Part shown: positions 50,251 to 60,800 of the stretch, one piece after another
Layout of the letters: every line of letters begins with the position of its first letter
Numbering within the stretch: position 1 is the first letter of the stretch
Origin: Planctomycetota bacterium
GTDB taxonomy: Bacteria > Planctomycetota > Planctomycetia > Gemmatales > HRBIN36
DNA: 64,000 nucleotides
Reading direction: 5' to 3'
Assembly: GCA_014584395.1 (NCBI GenBank)
Contig: JACTMY010000018.1
Coordinates: 30,342 to 94,341 of the forward strand
Program-made: the position numbers and the translations under genes
Notes under the pieces: model-generated
Told to the model about the DNA's origin: nothing
Databases searched by the model: none
The model's input: the letters and a program-made list of their open reading frames with translations, nothing else

Positions 50251-51657
50251 ATGGCAATACTTTACCGATTCAATTGGGGCTGGCTCCCCTGGTTGAGCAT
50301 CCTGCTGAGTCTTGGCTCGGCAGGTTGCAGCGGAGGCCCATCGATGACGAGCCCATTGCGTTACCACGAATTGCTCGTCCTTCCGGATCGGCCAAGTCAA
50401 GAAATGACCACCGGTGGACCGGCTCCTCCATCCGTTGCTTCCGAAAACGAAATCAAGGTGCTCACCTTTGCGGACCTCGTGCGACTAACGATTCAGCATC
50501 ATCCTGAACTTCGCAACGTTGAAGCCTCCATCGAGCAAGCCCAGGGACAGTTCATTCAGGCGGGGCTGTACCCCAATCCGCAAGCGGGTTGGCAAGCTGC
50601 TGAGCTAAACACGCCAGGAGCATCGGCTGGCCGTCAAGGTTTGATGCTGAATCAAACGATCATCACGGCGGATAAACTAGGTCTCGCCCAATCCGCCGCC
50701 GCGGAGAACGTTTCCGTCCAAGATTGGCAAGCGATCAGTCGCTGGTACGCCGTGCTGCGTCAGCTGCGCTCGGCTTACTTCGAAATGCTGGGTATTCAGC
50801 GCGAGGTCCAGGTCAACGAAGAATTGGTCAAGATCGCGGAGGAGAGCCTTAGAGCCTCCGAGCGCTTGGAGAAAGCGGGCGTGGGCAATCGACCCGACGT
50901 TCTCCGCGCCCAAGTCGAATGGGAGCAAGCCAAGAATCGCTTGCAGGTGTCCAGACAACAGGCGGAAGCCAAATGGCGGCAGCTCATGGCCGCGGCTGGA
51001 ACAACGGATGTCTCAATGCGCCCCTTGGCCGGCCGATTGGAATCGGCATCGGTCCACTATGATTTCGAGCAAATGCGGGAGTCGGTATTGCACCAACATT
51101 CCGACCTGCAAGCGGCCCAGTCGGCCATTCGCGAGGCTGAATGGCTCGTACGCAGGGCCGAGGTCGAAGTCATTCCCGACGTTCAATTGCAAATGATGCC
51201 TGAATACAGTTTTCAAGATCGCGGCATGAGCGGCCAGGTGAGTTTGTCCGTCAATGTCCCCGTGTTCGATCGCAATCAAGGCAATCGTCTCTCTGCCCGC
51301 GCGGCCTTGATGAAGGCCCATGCGGAACGGCGCGAGGTGGAACTGCGTTTAATGGCCGCATTAGCCAGTGCTTTTCAACGATATCAGAGTTCACTGCAGC
51401 AGGTTGAAAATTACCGCGATCGGATCATCCCCACCGCCGAGGAATCCCTTCGCCTGGTGTTGCTGGGATATGAAAGCGGGGCCGCCAAATTCGATTACAA
51501 CGCCGTGGTGCTGGCTCAAACCACGCTGGCCCAAGCCCGGTTGTCCCACGTCCAGGCCATGACGGAATTACAGTTGGCCATCAGCGATTTGGAAGCCCTT
51601 CTCCAAACAGAAGGCGGACGGTTTTTCCGCACCTCAGAAGTGAACAGCCATCCATGA
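50251..51657 (+). CDS. TolC/NodT-family outer-membrane efflux lipoprotein
   Basis: Lipobox LGSAGC and two tandem OEP helical repeats (e.g. AQSAIREAEWLVRRAEVEVIPDV). ATG 50251 is preferred over the TTG at 50236. Confidence 0.8.
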   Translation: MAILYRFNWGWLPWLSILLSLGSAGCSGGPSMTSPLRYHELLVLPDRPSQEMTTGGPAPPSVASENEIKVLTFADLVRLTIQHHPELRNVEASIEQAQGQFIQAGLYPNPQAGWQAAELNTPGASAGRQGLMLNQTIITADKLGLAQSAAAENVSVQDWQAISRWYAVLRQLRSAYFEMLGIQREVQVNEELVKIAEESLRASERLEKAGVGNRPDVLRAQVEWEQAKNRLQVSRQQAEAKWRQLMAAAGTTDVSMRPLAGRLESASVHYDFEQMRESVLHQHSDLQAAQSAIREAEWLVRRAEVEVIPDVQLQMMPEYSFQDRGMSGQVSLSVNVPVFDRNQGNRLSARAALMKAHAERREVELRLMAALASAFQRYQSSLQQVENYRDRIIPTAEESLRLVLLGYESGAAKFDYNAVVLAQTTLAQARLSHVQAMTELQLAISDLEALLQTEGGRFFRTSEVNSHP

Positions 51658-51687
51658 AAAAACCCACGGCCGAATGGAGCCGTGGGT
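51657..51687 (-). terminator. Intrinsic terminator of rplM-rpsI
   Basis: Stem ACCCACGGC (51662-51670) / GCCGTGGGT (51679-51687). The minus-strand reading is followed by a T-run (plus-strand A-run at 51657-51662). Located between convergent genes. Confidence 0.7.
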
Positions 51688-51718
51688 CATGCATTGAACC
51701 GGTTAAGAATAAACTGCA

Positions 51719-52159
51719 TTAACGCTTGGAAAACTGGAAGCTGCGGCGAGCACCGCGCCGGCCGTATTTCTTGCGTTCTTTCATGCGTGCGTCGCGCGTC
51801 AATAGGCCGCTGTCGCGCAGCTTTTTGACCTGGGGGTGAGGCTGAACCGCTTCCCCCGGGACGGCGGGCGCGGCCGATGCCGAGAAATAAACCTTGAGTG
51901 CGCGCGCCAGTCCTTGAGCGACGGCGCCCGCTTGTCCTGTCGAGCCGCCCCCCGATGCATTGACAAAGACGTCAAACTTGCCCATCAACTCGACCACTTC
52001 CAGGGGCTTGCGCGTCAAGTCGCGGTCCACGGGCGATTTGAAATAATCCTGGACCGGCCGATCATTAATCAAGAATTGGCCGTTTCCCTCGCAGATGCGA
52101 ACCCGGGCCACTGCGGTCTTCCGCCGCCCTGTTCCCCATGTGTATTTCTTTGTGCTCAT
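51719..52159 (-). CDS. rpsI: 30S ribosomal protein S9
   Basis: GTGRRKTAVARV, GGGSTGQAGAV, and C-terminal ...RRSFQFSKR. Confidence 0.95.
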   Translation of the reverse strand: MSTKKYTWGTGRRKTAVARVRICEGNGQFLINDRPVQDYFKSPVDRDLTRKPLEVVELMGKFDVFVNASGGGSTGQAGAVAQGLARALKVYFSASAAPAVPGEAVQPHPQVKKLRDSGLLTRDARMKERKKYGRRGARRSFQFSKR

Positions 52160-52202
52160 GCGTCTTTGGTCTCACCCATGTTTCGATTCGTTGAAAAAGC
52201 GG

Positions 52203-52646
52203 TTATTTCATCTTGGCGAACTGAAGCGGTTGCGGCTGCTGGGCTTGATGCGGGTGATTGGGCCCCGCATAGATTTTCAGCTTCGTCAATTGCTGGCGCG
52301 CCAAATTGTTTTTCGGCATCATGCGGCGAATGGCTTCGCGCAGCACCATCTCCGGCTTCTTGGCGATGATCTCCTTGAAGCTGCGCACCTTGCGGCCGCC
52401 GGGATAGCCCGTGAAGTGCTGATAAATCTTCGTATTTTCCTTGTTGCCCGTGAAGCGAACCTTTTCGCAGTTCACCACGACGACAAAGTCGCCCGTGTCG
52501 ACGTGCGGGGTGTATTCCGGCCGATGCTTGCCCACCAGGATGCGAGCGATCTCGACGGCCAGTCTTCCAACGACCTTGTCCGCTGCATCGACGACATGCC
52601 AATGTTGTGCAACTTCACCCGTTTTGGCCATGAACGATTTCATCAA
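52203..52646 (-). CDS. rplM: 50S ribosomal protein L13
   Basis: WHVVDAADKVVGRLAVEIARILVGKHRPEYTPHVDTGDFVVVVN. Confidence 0.95.
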   Translation of the reverse strand: MMKSFMAKTGEVAQHWHVVDAADKVVGRLAVEIARILVGKHRPEYTPHVDTGDFVVVVNCEKVRFTGNKENTKIYQHFTGYPGGRKVRSFKEIIAKKPEMVLREAIRRMMPKNNLARQQLTKLKIYAGPNHPHQAQQPQPLQFAKMK

Positions 52647-52773
52647 TCTTCATCCTTCCCAACAACTTCAATGCGAGTGGTATATCGTACGGATCAAGCC
52701 TCTCCTGGCAAGAGAAAGCTCGGGTGAACCCCGAGCCTTTGGCTGATCGCCTTGTCAATGGCCTGCGCAGGAA

Positions 52774-54366
52774 TTAAGCAGCGCGTGCAGGCTCCGTTTC
52801 CGGCGGCGAAGGGGGCGTTTCCGAACCCGATTCCTTCTTGGGCGGCGTGTTTTCCGGCTTCGTGGCCTTTTGTTCCGTGGTTTCTTCTGAAGTCCCTTCA
52901 GGCTTGGTCGCCGTGGAGTCGGATGAGCCGGGCAAGGAGGACGTCGGCGTCAGCGACTGCCGATCGGCCCCAGGTCCGCGCCCTCGTCCACCTGCGCGCG
53001 AGGGGCGCGTTCGCGAGGGAAGCGGCGCCGTCGGCAAATTCTTACGCATGACATCGGGGAGGTTTCGCGGCGGTGTGCCAATCGGGCCGCGCGGCCGATC
53101 CCCTCCGCCCTGCTGGCCGCCGCCGCCGCCCGCTCCCGCCGCCATGGGGGGATCGAACAATGGCTTCATGCCCGTATGGATCAAGTTGTAGAAAAACTGC
53201 TCTTCCAAATAGCGCCGCGTTTCATCCTCGTTTCTGACCATGGTCATGACATAAAGATGGTTGCGCATGACGAAGTGGCGGCGGATCGCCAATTTCTTGT
53301 TGGGCAAGCGCATGCGTATTTCCACGCCCATGTTCCAAGTATCGTCATCATTGCGATTGGCCAGATGGCCGATGTCATCGTAATACTCCGCGATCTCCCC
53401 TTCTTGAAAGTCATCCTTCATCCATTTCTGCAGCAGCTCCTTTTGGCTCAACAGATTTTTCATGGCCAAGGGTGGTAGCTCGCTGACGGCAAAGCTGTAA
53501 CTGACGTGATAGTCGGGGTACTCGGCAACATAACTGATCAAGGTCATCTCTTCATTTTCAGGCAAAGCGACCTTCCGCTCCGGTTGAGAGACAGGCTCGG
53601 CTGGCAACTCGATGCGGCATTGATATTCCTGATAAACCAAGGGTCTCCAGCCGGCATTCTGATCCTTGATTTCTTCGCCCATGAAATTAGGCAGTTGGAC
53701 TACTCCCAATAAATAGCCAAAAGCAAAATAACCCAAGGCTGAAATGAGCACGCCGGCCAACATGCGGACGAACAGCTTGGTCTTTTCGTGCCGAACAATG
53801 AAAAAGATGCCCACGGCCATGACCAACGCGGTTCCCACCGCGCCCCACGTCATGAACTGGTCCTCAAATTTGTTGATGGCAAAGACCATCGCCATGATGC
53901 CCAGGGGGAGCAGGATGGGCAAGTAGTGATAAAAGGGAATGGCGTAATCGGCGGCATTCATGCGATGAAGGTCGCCATTGAGGAAGGCCACGACGTCGAG
54001 GGCAAGCAGGTTTTGATTCGAATTGCCGCGGTAGATTTTGCAATGCACCGTGCGCGAGGTCTCGGGTTTTTGCGGCACCGGCAACGTCACGGCGATTCGA
54101 TTATCACCCAGGTATTTCACTTCCAGCCCCGGCTTGATGACGTATGGTTGTCCCATGTAGGGCAAAAGCTTCAAGCCTTCCTGATTCACCTCGGCATCGA
54201 AGCGGCCGATCAAGAGGTTCTCAGGATCGTTCGTCACTTGCACCTGCAAACGCACGGGATCAAACGGCTCGGTGGGGGTAAGGTTCTTTGATGCAGGAGC
54301 CGTTTCATTGGAAACGGATGATTTCGTCTCGCCCGTGGTAATGGGAGGATCTTGTAAATTGGACAT
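52774..54366 (-). CDS. Hypothetical polytopic membrane protein with disordered Gly/Pro/Arg/Ser-rich C-terminal tail
   Basis: 530-aa ORF with three or four TM helices in the middle (IPFYHYLPILLPLGIMAMVFAI; WGAVGTALVMAVGIFFIV; LAGVLISALGYFAFGYLLGVV), a soluble domain, then GAGGGGGQQGGGDRPRGP...PPKKESGSETPPSPPE. No family recognised. Confidence 0.6.
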   Translation of the reverse strand: MSNLQDPPITTGETKSSVSNETAPASKNLTPTEPFDPVRLQVQVTNDPENLLIGRFDAEVNQEGLKLLPYMGQPYVIKPGLEVKYLGDNRIAVTLPVPQKPETSRTVHCKIYRGNSNQNLLALDVVAFLNGDLHRMNAADYAIPFYHYLPILLPLGIMAMVFAINKFEDQFMTWGAVGTALVMAVGIFFIVRHEKTKLFVRMLAGVLISALGYFAFGYLLGVVQLPNFMGEEIKDQNAGWRPLVYQEYQCRIELPAEPVSQPERKVALPENEEMTLISYVAEYPDYHVSYSFAVSELPPLAMKNLLSQKELLQKWMKDDFQEGEIAEYYDDIGHLANRNDDDTWNMGVEIRMRLPNKKLAIRRHFVMRNHLYVMTMVRNEDETRRYLEEQFFYNLIHTGMKPLFDPPMAAGAGGGGGQQGGGDRPRGPIGTPPRNLPDVMRKNLPTAPLPSRTRPSRAGGRGRGPGADRQSLTPTSSLPGSSDSTATKPEGTSEETTEQKATKPENTPPKKESGSETPPSPPETEPARAA

Positions 54367-54689
54367 CGAAAGTTATCCCATGTTTGAATGAACGATCACC
54401 CCCGACATGCTCAATGAACCTGAGCATGCCTCGAATTGGGTATGGAGTCGATCCTAATGTCAAGAGTCATCCTAATGCCCGCACGAGAAACCGTCAAGAA
54501 AACACCGCTTCCTGGGACGTATCACTCGCCACGAGCCTTGATGGGAGGCTCCTTTCATCGAAGTTGCCACAGGCGATCAGGCAGCGTGTCATTTGATGAG
54601 GAACCCCATTGGAAATGGCAAGACATTTATCCCCGCTTGCGTTATCATGCGCACCAGCATTGATTATCAGCCACCATTGGTCAGGGAGA

Positions 54690-55181
54690 ATGGCCATGCC
54701 CGCGGTATATGAAGGACATGGGCTCCGTTTTCAATACCCCGAAACCTGGGACCTCGAGGACCAAGAAACGCCCGATGGCTGGTCCTTGTCGGTCACCAGT
54801 GAGAACACCGCCTACTTGCAAATGGTGGGGCAACCCATGCCCGAAATCGACATGGATGAGGCCATCTCCGCGGAATTGGGCAGCCATCCCTCGGAGGATC
54901 CGCTTCTACTCGGCATGCTCGTCGCGGCCATTGAAGCCTTGCGCGAGGATTATCCCGAACTTGAAACCGAGGCCGTTGAAGAGGCCAAGATTGGCGGCAT
55001 GGTCTCTCTGATGCAGCAAGTTCATTTCATCAGCTTCGATTTATCGGTAACCTGCACCATGTATTGCGTGCGCACGCCAACGCAGATCGTTCTGATTCTC
55101 TGCCAAGCCAGCGATTTGGAAGAAGACGAAGCGGAACCACAGTTTGTTTCAATGATGAAGTCCTTGCGATGGCAAAAGTAG
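54690..55181 (+). CDS. Small acidic cytoplasmic protein, unknown function
   Basis: AGGGAGA immediately upstream of ATG 54690, 163 aa, Asp/Glu-rich, no TM. Possibly chaperone/adaptor-like (speculative). Confidence 0.55.
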   Translation: MAMPAVYEGHGLRFQYPETWDLEDQETPDGWSLSVTSENTAYLQMVGQPMPEIDMDEAISAELGSHPSEDPLLLGMLVAAIEALREDYPELETEAVEEAKIGGMVSLMQQVHFISFDLSVTCTMYCVRTPTQIVLILCQASDLEEDEAEPQFVSMMKSLRWQK

Positions 55182-55474
55182 TCTTGGGCCTCCTACTCGT
55201 CACGACCGTTGCAACTGCATTTTTATGCCTTCCTGAACAGATGCGACTTACCCGACAAACGAATAAGTATTGAGACTCGTCAACAAAACAGGTATCATGG
55301 GAGTTTTAATGAGTGAGATTCCATCGCCCTTCGCGAGTTCTCTGAGACTCACGATACAGGCGAGTGTGCGCGTGGTTTAGATGGATATCCTCAGGATATC
55401 CTGATGCCTTCATTACTTTCGAAGTCATTTGTTTTGGTTCGCATCGAGCATCAGCCCAGCAGGGAGACATCGAC

Positions 55475-56440
55475 ATGACCACTGAAAACGTGCAAGAATT
55501 GTGTCAAAAAGCACGACAAGCCTTGGCCACTGGGGATGCTCAGACCGCCCGCCAATGTTATTTTCAAGCCTTGGCACAAAAACCGGATTCCGCCGACATT
55601 CATTATGGGCTTGGAACGACTTGTTTCTTGTTGCACGATCTCAACGGCGCCGCTTATCATTTCAATCACACCATCACCTTGGATCCCAATCGCTACGGAG
55701 CCCTCATCAATCTGGGAGCCGTTTACAATCAGATGGGCAAGCCGGATGAAGCCTTGGCCATTTTGCGCCAAGCCATCAAGCTGGACCCTAAGCGGGCGGA
55801 GATTTATTACAACATGGGACTGGCTTATCGGTCCAAGGGACAAGCCGAACTGGCCATTCAAGCCTACCGCGAGTCCATTCATCTTAATCCCCAGATGAAA
55901 GACACCCATTTTAACCTGGCCAATCTGCTGCAGGATTTGGGCCGACTTCCCCAGGCCCTTGTTCACTACAAGGAAGCACTCAAACTCGATCCACAATTCC
56001 AGGCCGCACAAGTGGGCGTGCAACAGGTGGAAGCGCTCTTGCATCCCGAGCATCCCGTGCAAGTCGTTAAACAAGGCGCTCAGGCGAAGGCAAATCCCGC
56101 CGTGGACATGACGCAACCCATCGATCCGCGCTTCGAAGGGCCCGCTCTGCAGGCCCTTCATCGAACGACGATTGTGTCGGAGAACTGTTGTCGGGAGTTC
56201 TCGCAAGTCATGCAGGAAGAACTGGAACCCGCCATCAAGGAACTCTCCTCGACGCTGCTGTATTCCAATGCCACCGCCTCGGACCTCGAAGACCGCATCA
56301 ATCGGTTTGAAAAAGCCATGAATCGAACCAAGGCTTTACAACGCGCCTGGCAGCAAGCGATGCAAAAAGTAGCGGAACTCAACGAACAATTGATGCAACC
56401 CTTGTCTTCGACGAAATTGAAAGCCTTGAAGCAAGGCTAA
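55475..56440 (+). CDS. TPR-repeat protein with C-terminal helical/coiled-coil extension
   Basis: AGGGAGA SD before ATG 55475. Five to six 34-aa TPR units (e.g. AEIYYNMGLAYRSKGQAELAIQAYRESIHLNPQ). Confidence 0.75.
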   Translation: MTTENVQELCQKARQALATGDAQTARQCYFQALAQKPDSADIHYGLGTTCFLLHDLNGAAYHFNHTITLDPNRYGALINLGAVYNQMGKPDEALAILRQAIKLDPKRAEIYYNMGLAYRSKGQAELAIQAYRESIHLNPQMKDTHFNLANLLQDLGRLPQALVHYKEALKLDPQFQAAQVGVQQVEALLHPEHPVQVVKQGAQAKANPAVDMTQPIDPRFEGPALQALHRTTIVSENCCREFSQVMQEELEPAIKELSSTLLYSNATASDLEDRINRFEKAMNRTKALQRAWQQAMQKVAELNEQLMQPLSSTKLKALKQG

Positions 56441-56523
56441 ACTCGTGCTCTAATGGAAGGAAACCCCAACCAGCGGAATGGCCCGCTGGGAGGAGTGAAC
56501 CTTTCGTTAGCCGCGAGGTCCGC

Positions 56524-56796
56524 ATGCCGCAAGCCGTTGCCGATCCCGTCCAATTACGCCGGTTCGCTCATCAACTCAAGCAATTCAATCAAGAATTGAC
56601 CAGCCGGCTCATGGTCCTCCAAGGGCAACTCGCCAATCTGGGCGATACCTGGCGCGACCAGGAACATGAAAAGTTTGCCTCGGCCTTCAACGAAACCAAA
56701 ATCATGTTGGAGCGCTTCATCGAAACCGCGGAACATCACATTCCCTTCTTGGTCCGCAAAGCCGAACGCATCGAGGAATATCTTTCCCAGCGTTGA
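56524..56796 (+). CDS. WXG100-like small helical protein (90 aa) with W-R-D-Q turn motif
   Basis: About 10 kDa, two predicted helices separated by LGDTWRDQEHEKF (W43 at 56650-56652), no signal peptide. Lies next to an FtsK/SpoIIIE ATPase. Confidence 0.6.
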   Translation: MPQAVADPVQLRRFAHQLKQFNQELTSRLMVLQGQLANLGDTWRDQEHEKFASAFNETKIMLERFIETAEHHIPFLVRKAERIEEYLSQR

Positions 56797-56989
56797 ACGC
56801 TCCCGGAAGGCGAGTGATCAACGCCCGACCATTTCCCGGCCAAATGGCGTCTCCTGATCTGGGTCCCATTGGCCCATCGCGCCGCTTTACGTCGCAGGAG
56901 TGATCCCCTTTTTTTGATCCCACAGCCAGCGCGCGGCCGTCGCTGCTCAGGCGCAGCGTGGATGGCTGGCAGAGCCAAGGAGAGAATGG

Positions 56990-57523
56990 ATGGGGCCATC
57001 CGCCAAAGTCACTTCCATCGCCGCCGTCGCGGATTTTCGAGAAGTCTGGACGATTTTCCTGGCCCTGGCCCGAGAAGCCCTCACCACCATGGATGGCGAA
57101 GTGCGCACCGCCCGCCACCTCCTCGAGGAAAGCCTCAAGGAATGGGAACGGCTCGCCAAGCAGCGCGAGGAGCAATGGGTCGAGGCCAAATTGATCCTCC
57201 ATCGCCAAAAATTGTCGCGCGTCTTCGGCAGGCCGATCGACACGACCGTGGAAGAAGAAGCCGTTCGCAAGGCCCAAAGACGGCTGCAAGAGGTCCAGGA
57301 CAAGATCGTCAAGACGCGCAAATGGCTGCCCCGCATCGAACGCGCCGTCCTGGACTATCAAGGGCCTAAACAACAATTAGCTGTGATGATCGAGACGGAC
57401 GCCGTCAAGGCCACGGCCTTTCTCGATCAAAAACTGATGAGTTTGGAAGAATACGTGAAACTGCACCCGGTGGAGCAACGCGCGCCGCTGGCTGGCCCTC
57501 AAGCCGAGGAATCGACCCCATGA
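56990..57523 (+). CDS. Helical 177-aa protein, unknown function, translationally coupled to the second WXG100-like gene
   Basis: AAGGAGAG 5 nt upstream of ATG 56990. Its stop overlaps the next start (ATGA at 57520-57523). Charged heptad-like sequence. Confidence 0.6.
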   Translation: MGPSAKVTSIAAVADFREVWTIFLALAREALTTMDGEVRTARHLLEESLKEWERLAKQREEQWVEAKLILHRQKLSRVFGRPIDTTVEEEAVRKAQRRLQEVQDKIVKTRKWLPRIERAVLDYQGPKQQLAVMIETDAVKATAFLDQKLMSLEEYVKLHPVEQRAPLAGPQAEESTP

Positions 57524-57735
57524 ACGTTGGCACCGGCATCGTGCAACTGCAAGAAGCCCTGAAACTGCTTCGTCTCCAATGGGAGACCACGGAACAATTC
57601 TGGAACGACCAGGTGAAAAGGCAATTTGAAACCGATTTCCTGATCCCCTTGGAAATGCAGGTGAAAGCCACTCACCAGGCCATGGAACAACTGGCCCAAC
57701 TGATCACGCAAGCCAAGCACGACGTGAGTCTTTGA
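57520..57735 (+). CDS. WXG100-like small helical protein (71 aa) with W-N-D-Q turn motif
   Basis: EQFWNDQVKRQFE (W28 at 57601-57603) shares W-x-D-Q-x3-[KR]-x-F with the 90-aa protein and has a helix-turn-helix layout. Confidence 0.55.
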   Translation: MNVGTGIVQLQEALKLLRLQWETTEQFWNDQVKRQFETDFLIPLEMQVKATHQAMEQLAQLITQAKHDVSL

Positions 57736-57806
57736 AGCCGAGTACCGTCCTGCCGCGGGATCGTTTCCGCCCCTCTTCATCGGCCTTGCACCACAAAGGA
57801 CGCACC

Positions 57807-60800
57807 ATGTCAGAACTCAACTTGCTCGAAATGGAACGCACCCTGATGCGTGATCTGCGCTCCGCCGCCGCCGAGCGCGCTGCGGCCGAAACGGCGATGA
57901 TCACCATTTTTAAAAGCCGCATCCAACAAACCTTGGATCAATGGGAAGCCACGCAAAAAAGATTGCTCGAAGAGCGTCAACAAGAAGAGGAAGCCACGCG
58001 GCAAAACCGCGAGGATCGCTTGCAGAACCTGCGCACTTCGATCACCCAGGAAAACGAAGCTCTGCAATTGGCCTTCGCCGAAGCCAAAGAGAACATCGAA
58101 AGCACCTACCATCAAGACAAGGCCAATACGCAAAAGGAATATCGTGAAACGCGCTGGACCACGCGGATGGTCTACGAGGCTAATAAAAATGCCTCGAAAC
58201 AACAGTACATCGAGGCCACGCACAAGGCCGAGAGCGCGGTGACGCGCTTTCAAAACATCGTGAACGAAGTCGAAATCTATCTGCGCCGCTGCCGGCTGCC
58301 GACCTGGCACGCCGAGGTGATCCCCTTGCCTCCCCTCGAAGGGGATGAAATTCCTCCAGAACCGCTGCGCGAGATGGATGAACAATTGGAAATCGTCGAA
58401 AGCCAATGGAAGAAACTGCAAGAACTGCCTTTGCCCAAGATATTCCGCGGCTATTGGTTCATTCTGGTGATCATTGGACTGGCCCTGGCGATCATCTTTC
58501 CGACGATTTTCATCACCAAGGACCCCCTCTTCGGCACGACCGTGGGCACAGCCGCGGCCATGTTCATCTGCCTTAGTCTCTTCTTCGGCTTGCGGGCAAC
58601 GGCTTCCTCGCAGGCCGGGCGCTTATGCCGTCCGTTGGTGCACGCCGTCGCGGAAGGTCGAGCCTTGAAGGATGCCTGCATCCAGCAAGCCACCCGCATC
58701 CATCGCCGACAAGTGGCTGGCTTTCAAAAACAGCGCCAAGCCGAGCTGCAACAAGCCGATGCTATCTATCAACCGAAACTCGAGGAATTGAAAAAGAAAC
58801 GGATTCAGGACCTGCGCCGCAATTCCGCCCTGTACCAGCCGCAACTGGCCGCCTTGCAAGCACGCTTCGAGTTCGAGCAGCATCAGATCGAAACGGAATA
58901 CAAGACCCGGCTGCTGATCGCCCAGGAAACGTATGACAGCGAATTGTTGATGGCGCGCACGGAATTCGAGTCCTCCAAAGCCGACATCGAGCGTCATCAA
59001 GCGGATGCCTGGCGGCAGATGGCTTTCGCCTGGCGGGCCGCCTTGGCCGTCGTCAAGGAGCGCGTGGACGTGATCCAGCGCGAAGCCGACCGCCTGTTTC
59101 CTTCATGGGAAAGCTGCGCCCGGTCTTATCCGCAAAGAGATTCGATTCCCTCGGTGCTTCGCATCGGCAAATTGATCCTCGATTTTGGCCAAATACCCAA
59201 TGGCATGCCCATCGACCCGGGGCTAAAGGCGGAAAGCTCCCTCCGCTTCGAAATCCCGGCCCTGCTGCCTTTCCCCACCGGCGGAAATCTGCTGCTCCGC
59301 ACCGCGACCCCGTTTGACCGCCAGCAAGCGATTCGCAGTTTGCAAACGTTGATGCTCCGTTATCTGACCTCGGTTCCTCCTGGCAAGGTCAAATTAACTG
59401 TCATCGATCCGGTCGGGCTGGGGGACAACTTCGCCGCCTTCATGCACCTGGCGGATTTCGATGAATCCTTGATCGCGCATCGCATTTGGACCGAACCGGC
59501 CCACATTGAGCAGCGGCTTTCGGACATGACGGCCCACATGGAGAGCATCATCCAGAAATATCTACGCAATCAATACAGCAGCATCGAAGTCTACAACAAC
59601 GCCGCGGGCGAGGTGGCTGAACCGTTTCGCGTGCTGGTCATCGCCAGCTTTCCCGTCAACTTTACCTCGGACGCCGCTCATCGCCTGGTGAGCGTGATCA
59701 GCAGCGGGGCGCGCTGCGGCGTCAGCGCCATGGTGAGCGTGGACACGAAGCAAGAACTTCCAGAAGGATTCCACCTGGGCGACATCGAACCGCTGTGCGT
59801 CAATTACTCATGGAAACAGGATCAACCCCATTGGCACGATCCCGATTTTGCCGATCTGCCCTTTGTCCTGGATGATCCGCCCGACAACGAACTCACAACC
59901 GCCATCATTTGCCAAGTCGGCGCCGCCGCCAAGGACGCCCAGCGCGTTGAAGTGCCTTTTCAATACATCGCTCCGCAGGATGCGGATTGGTGGCGCAACG
60001 ACAGCGGCCATGGACTGCACATTCCCTTGGGCCGCGTTGGCGCGACGCGCCGCCAGGCCATGCAGTTGGGCACGGGCACGGCGCAACACGTGCTCATCGC
60101 GGGCAAAACCGGCTCTGGCAAATCGACGCTCCTCCACGTCTTGATCACGAGCTGCGCCCTCCATTACGCGCCGGAGCAAGTGGAATTGTATCTGGTCGAT
60201 TTCAAGAAAGGCGTTGAATTCAAGCCCTACGCCATCCATGCCTTGCCGCATCTGCGGGTCGTCGCCATCGAAAGCGAACGCGAGTTTGGCCTGAGCGTCT
60301 TGCAGCGGCTGGATGAAGAGCTCAAGCGGCGCGGCGATCGTTTTCGTCAATTGAGCGTCCAGGATATCGCCGCTTGCCGGGTAGCCGATCCGCATACCCC
60401 TTATCCGCGCATTTTGCTCATCGTCGATGAATTCCAGGAATTTTTCACGGAGGATGACCGTTTGGGACAGGAGGCCGCCCTGGTGCTCGATCGCTTGGTC
60501 CGGCAAGGCCGCGCCTTTGGCATCCACGTGATCCTGGGTTCGCAAACCATTGGCGGCGCTTATACGCTGGCGCGCAGCACCATCGATCAAATGGCCGTCC
60601 GGATTGCCTTGCCTTGTTCCGAAGCGGATGGGCACCTCATTTTAAGCGAGGGCAATGCCGCGGCGCGGCTCCTCAGCCGCCCTGGCGACGCCATCTACAA
60701 CGACATGAGCGGCCTGGTCGAGGGCAATCATCCCTTTCAAGTGGCGTGGCTGGCCGATGACACGCGCGAAAAAATGCTCATCAAGCTGGACGAACTCGCC

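Noticed and set aside
50019-50507. 162-aa plus-strand ORF upstream of and overlapping the TolC-like gene
   Set aside because: It is out of frame with the lipoprotein ORF, has no motifs, and overlaps the well-supported signal peptide/lipobox start at 50251.
56797-56989. Intrinsic terminator after the first WXG100-like gene (T7 run at 56909-56915)
   Set aside because: I found no convincing GC-rich stem immediately upstream of the T-run, so I did not call a terminator. It is mentioned only as a possibility.
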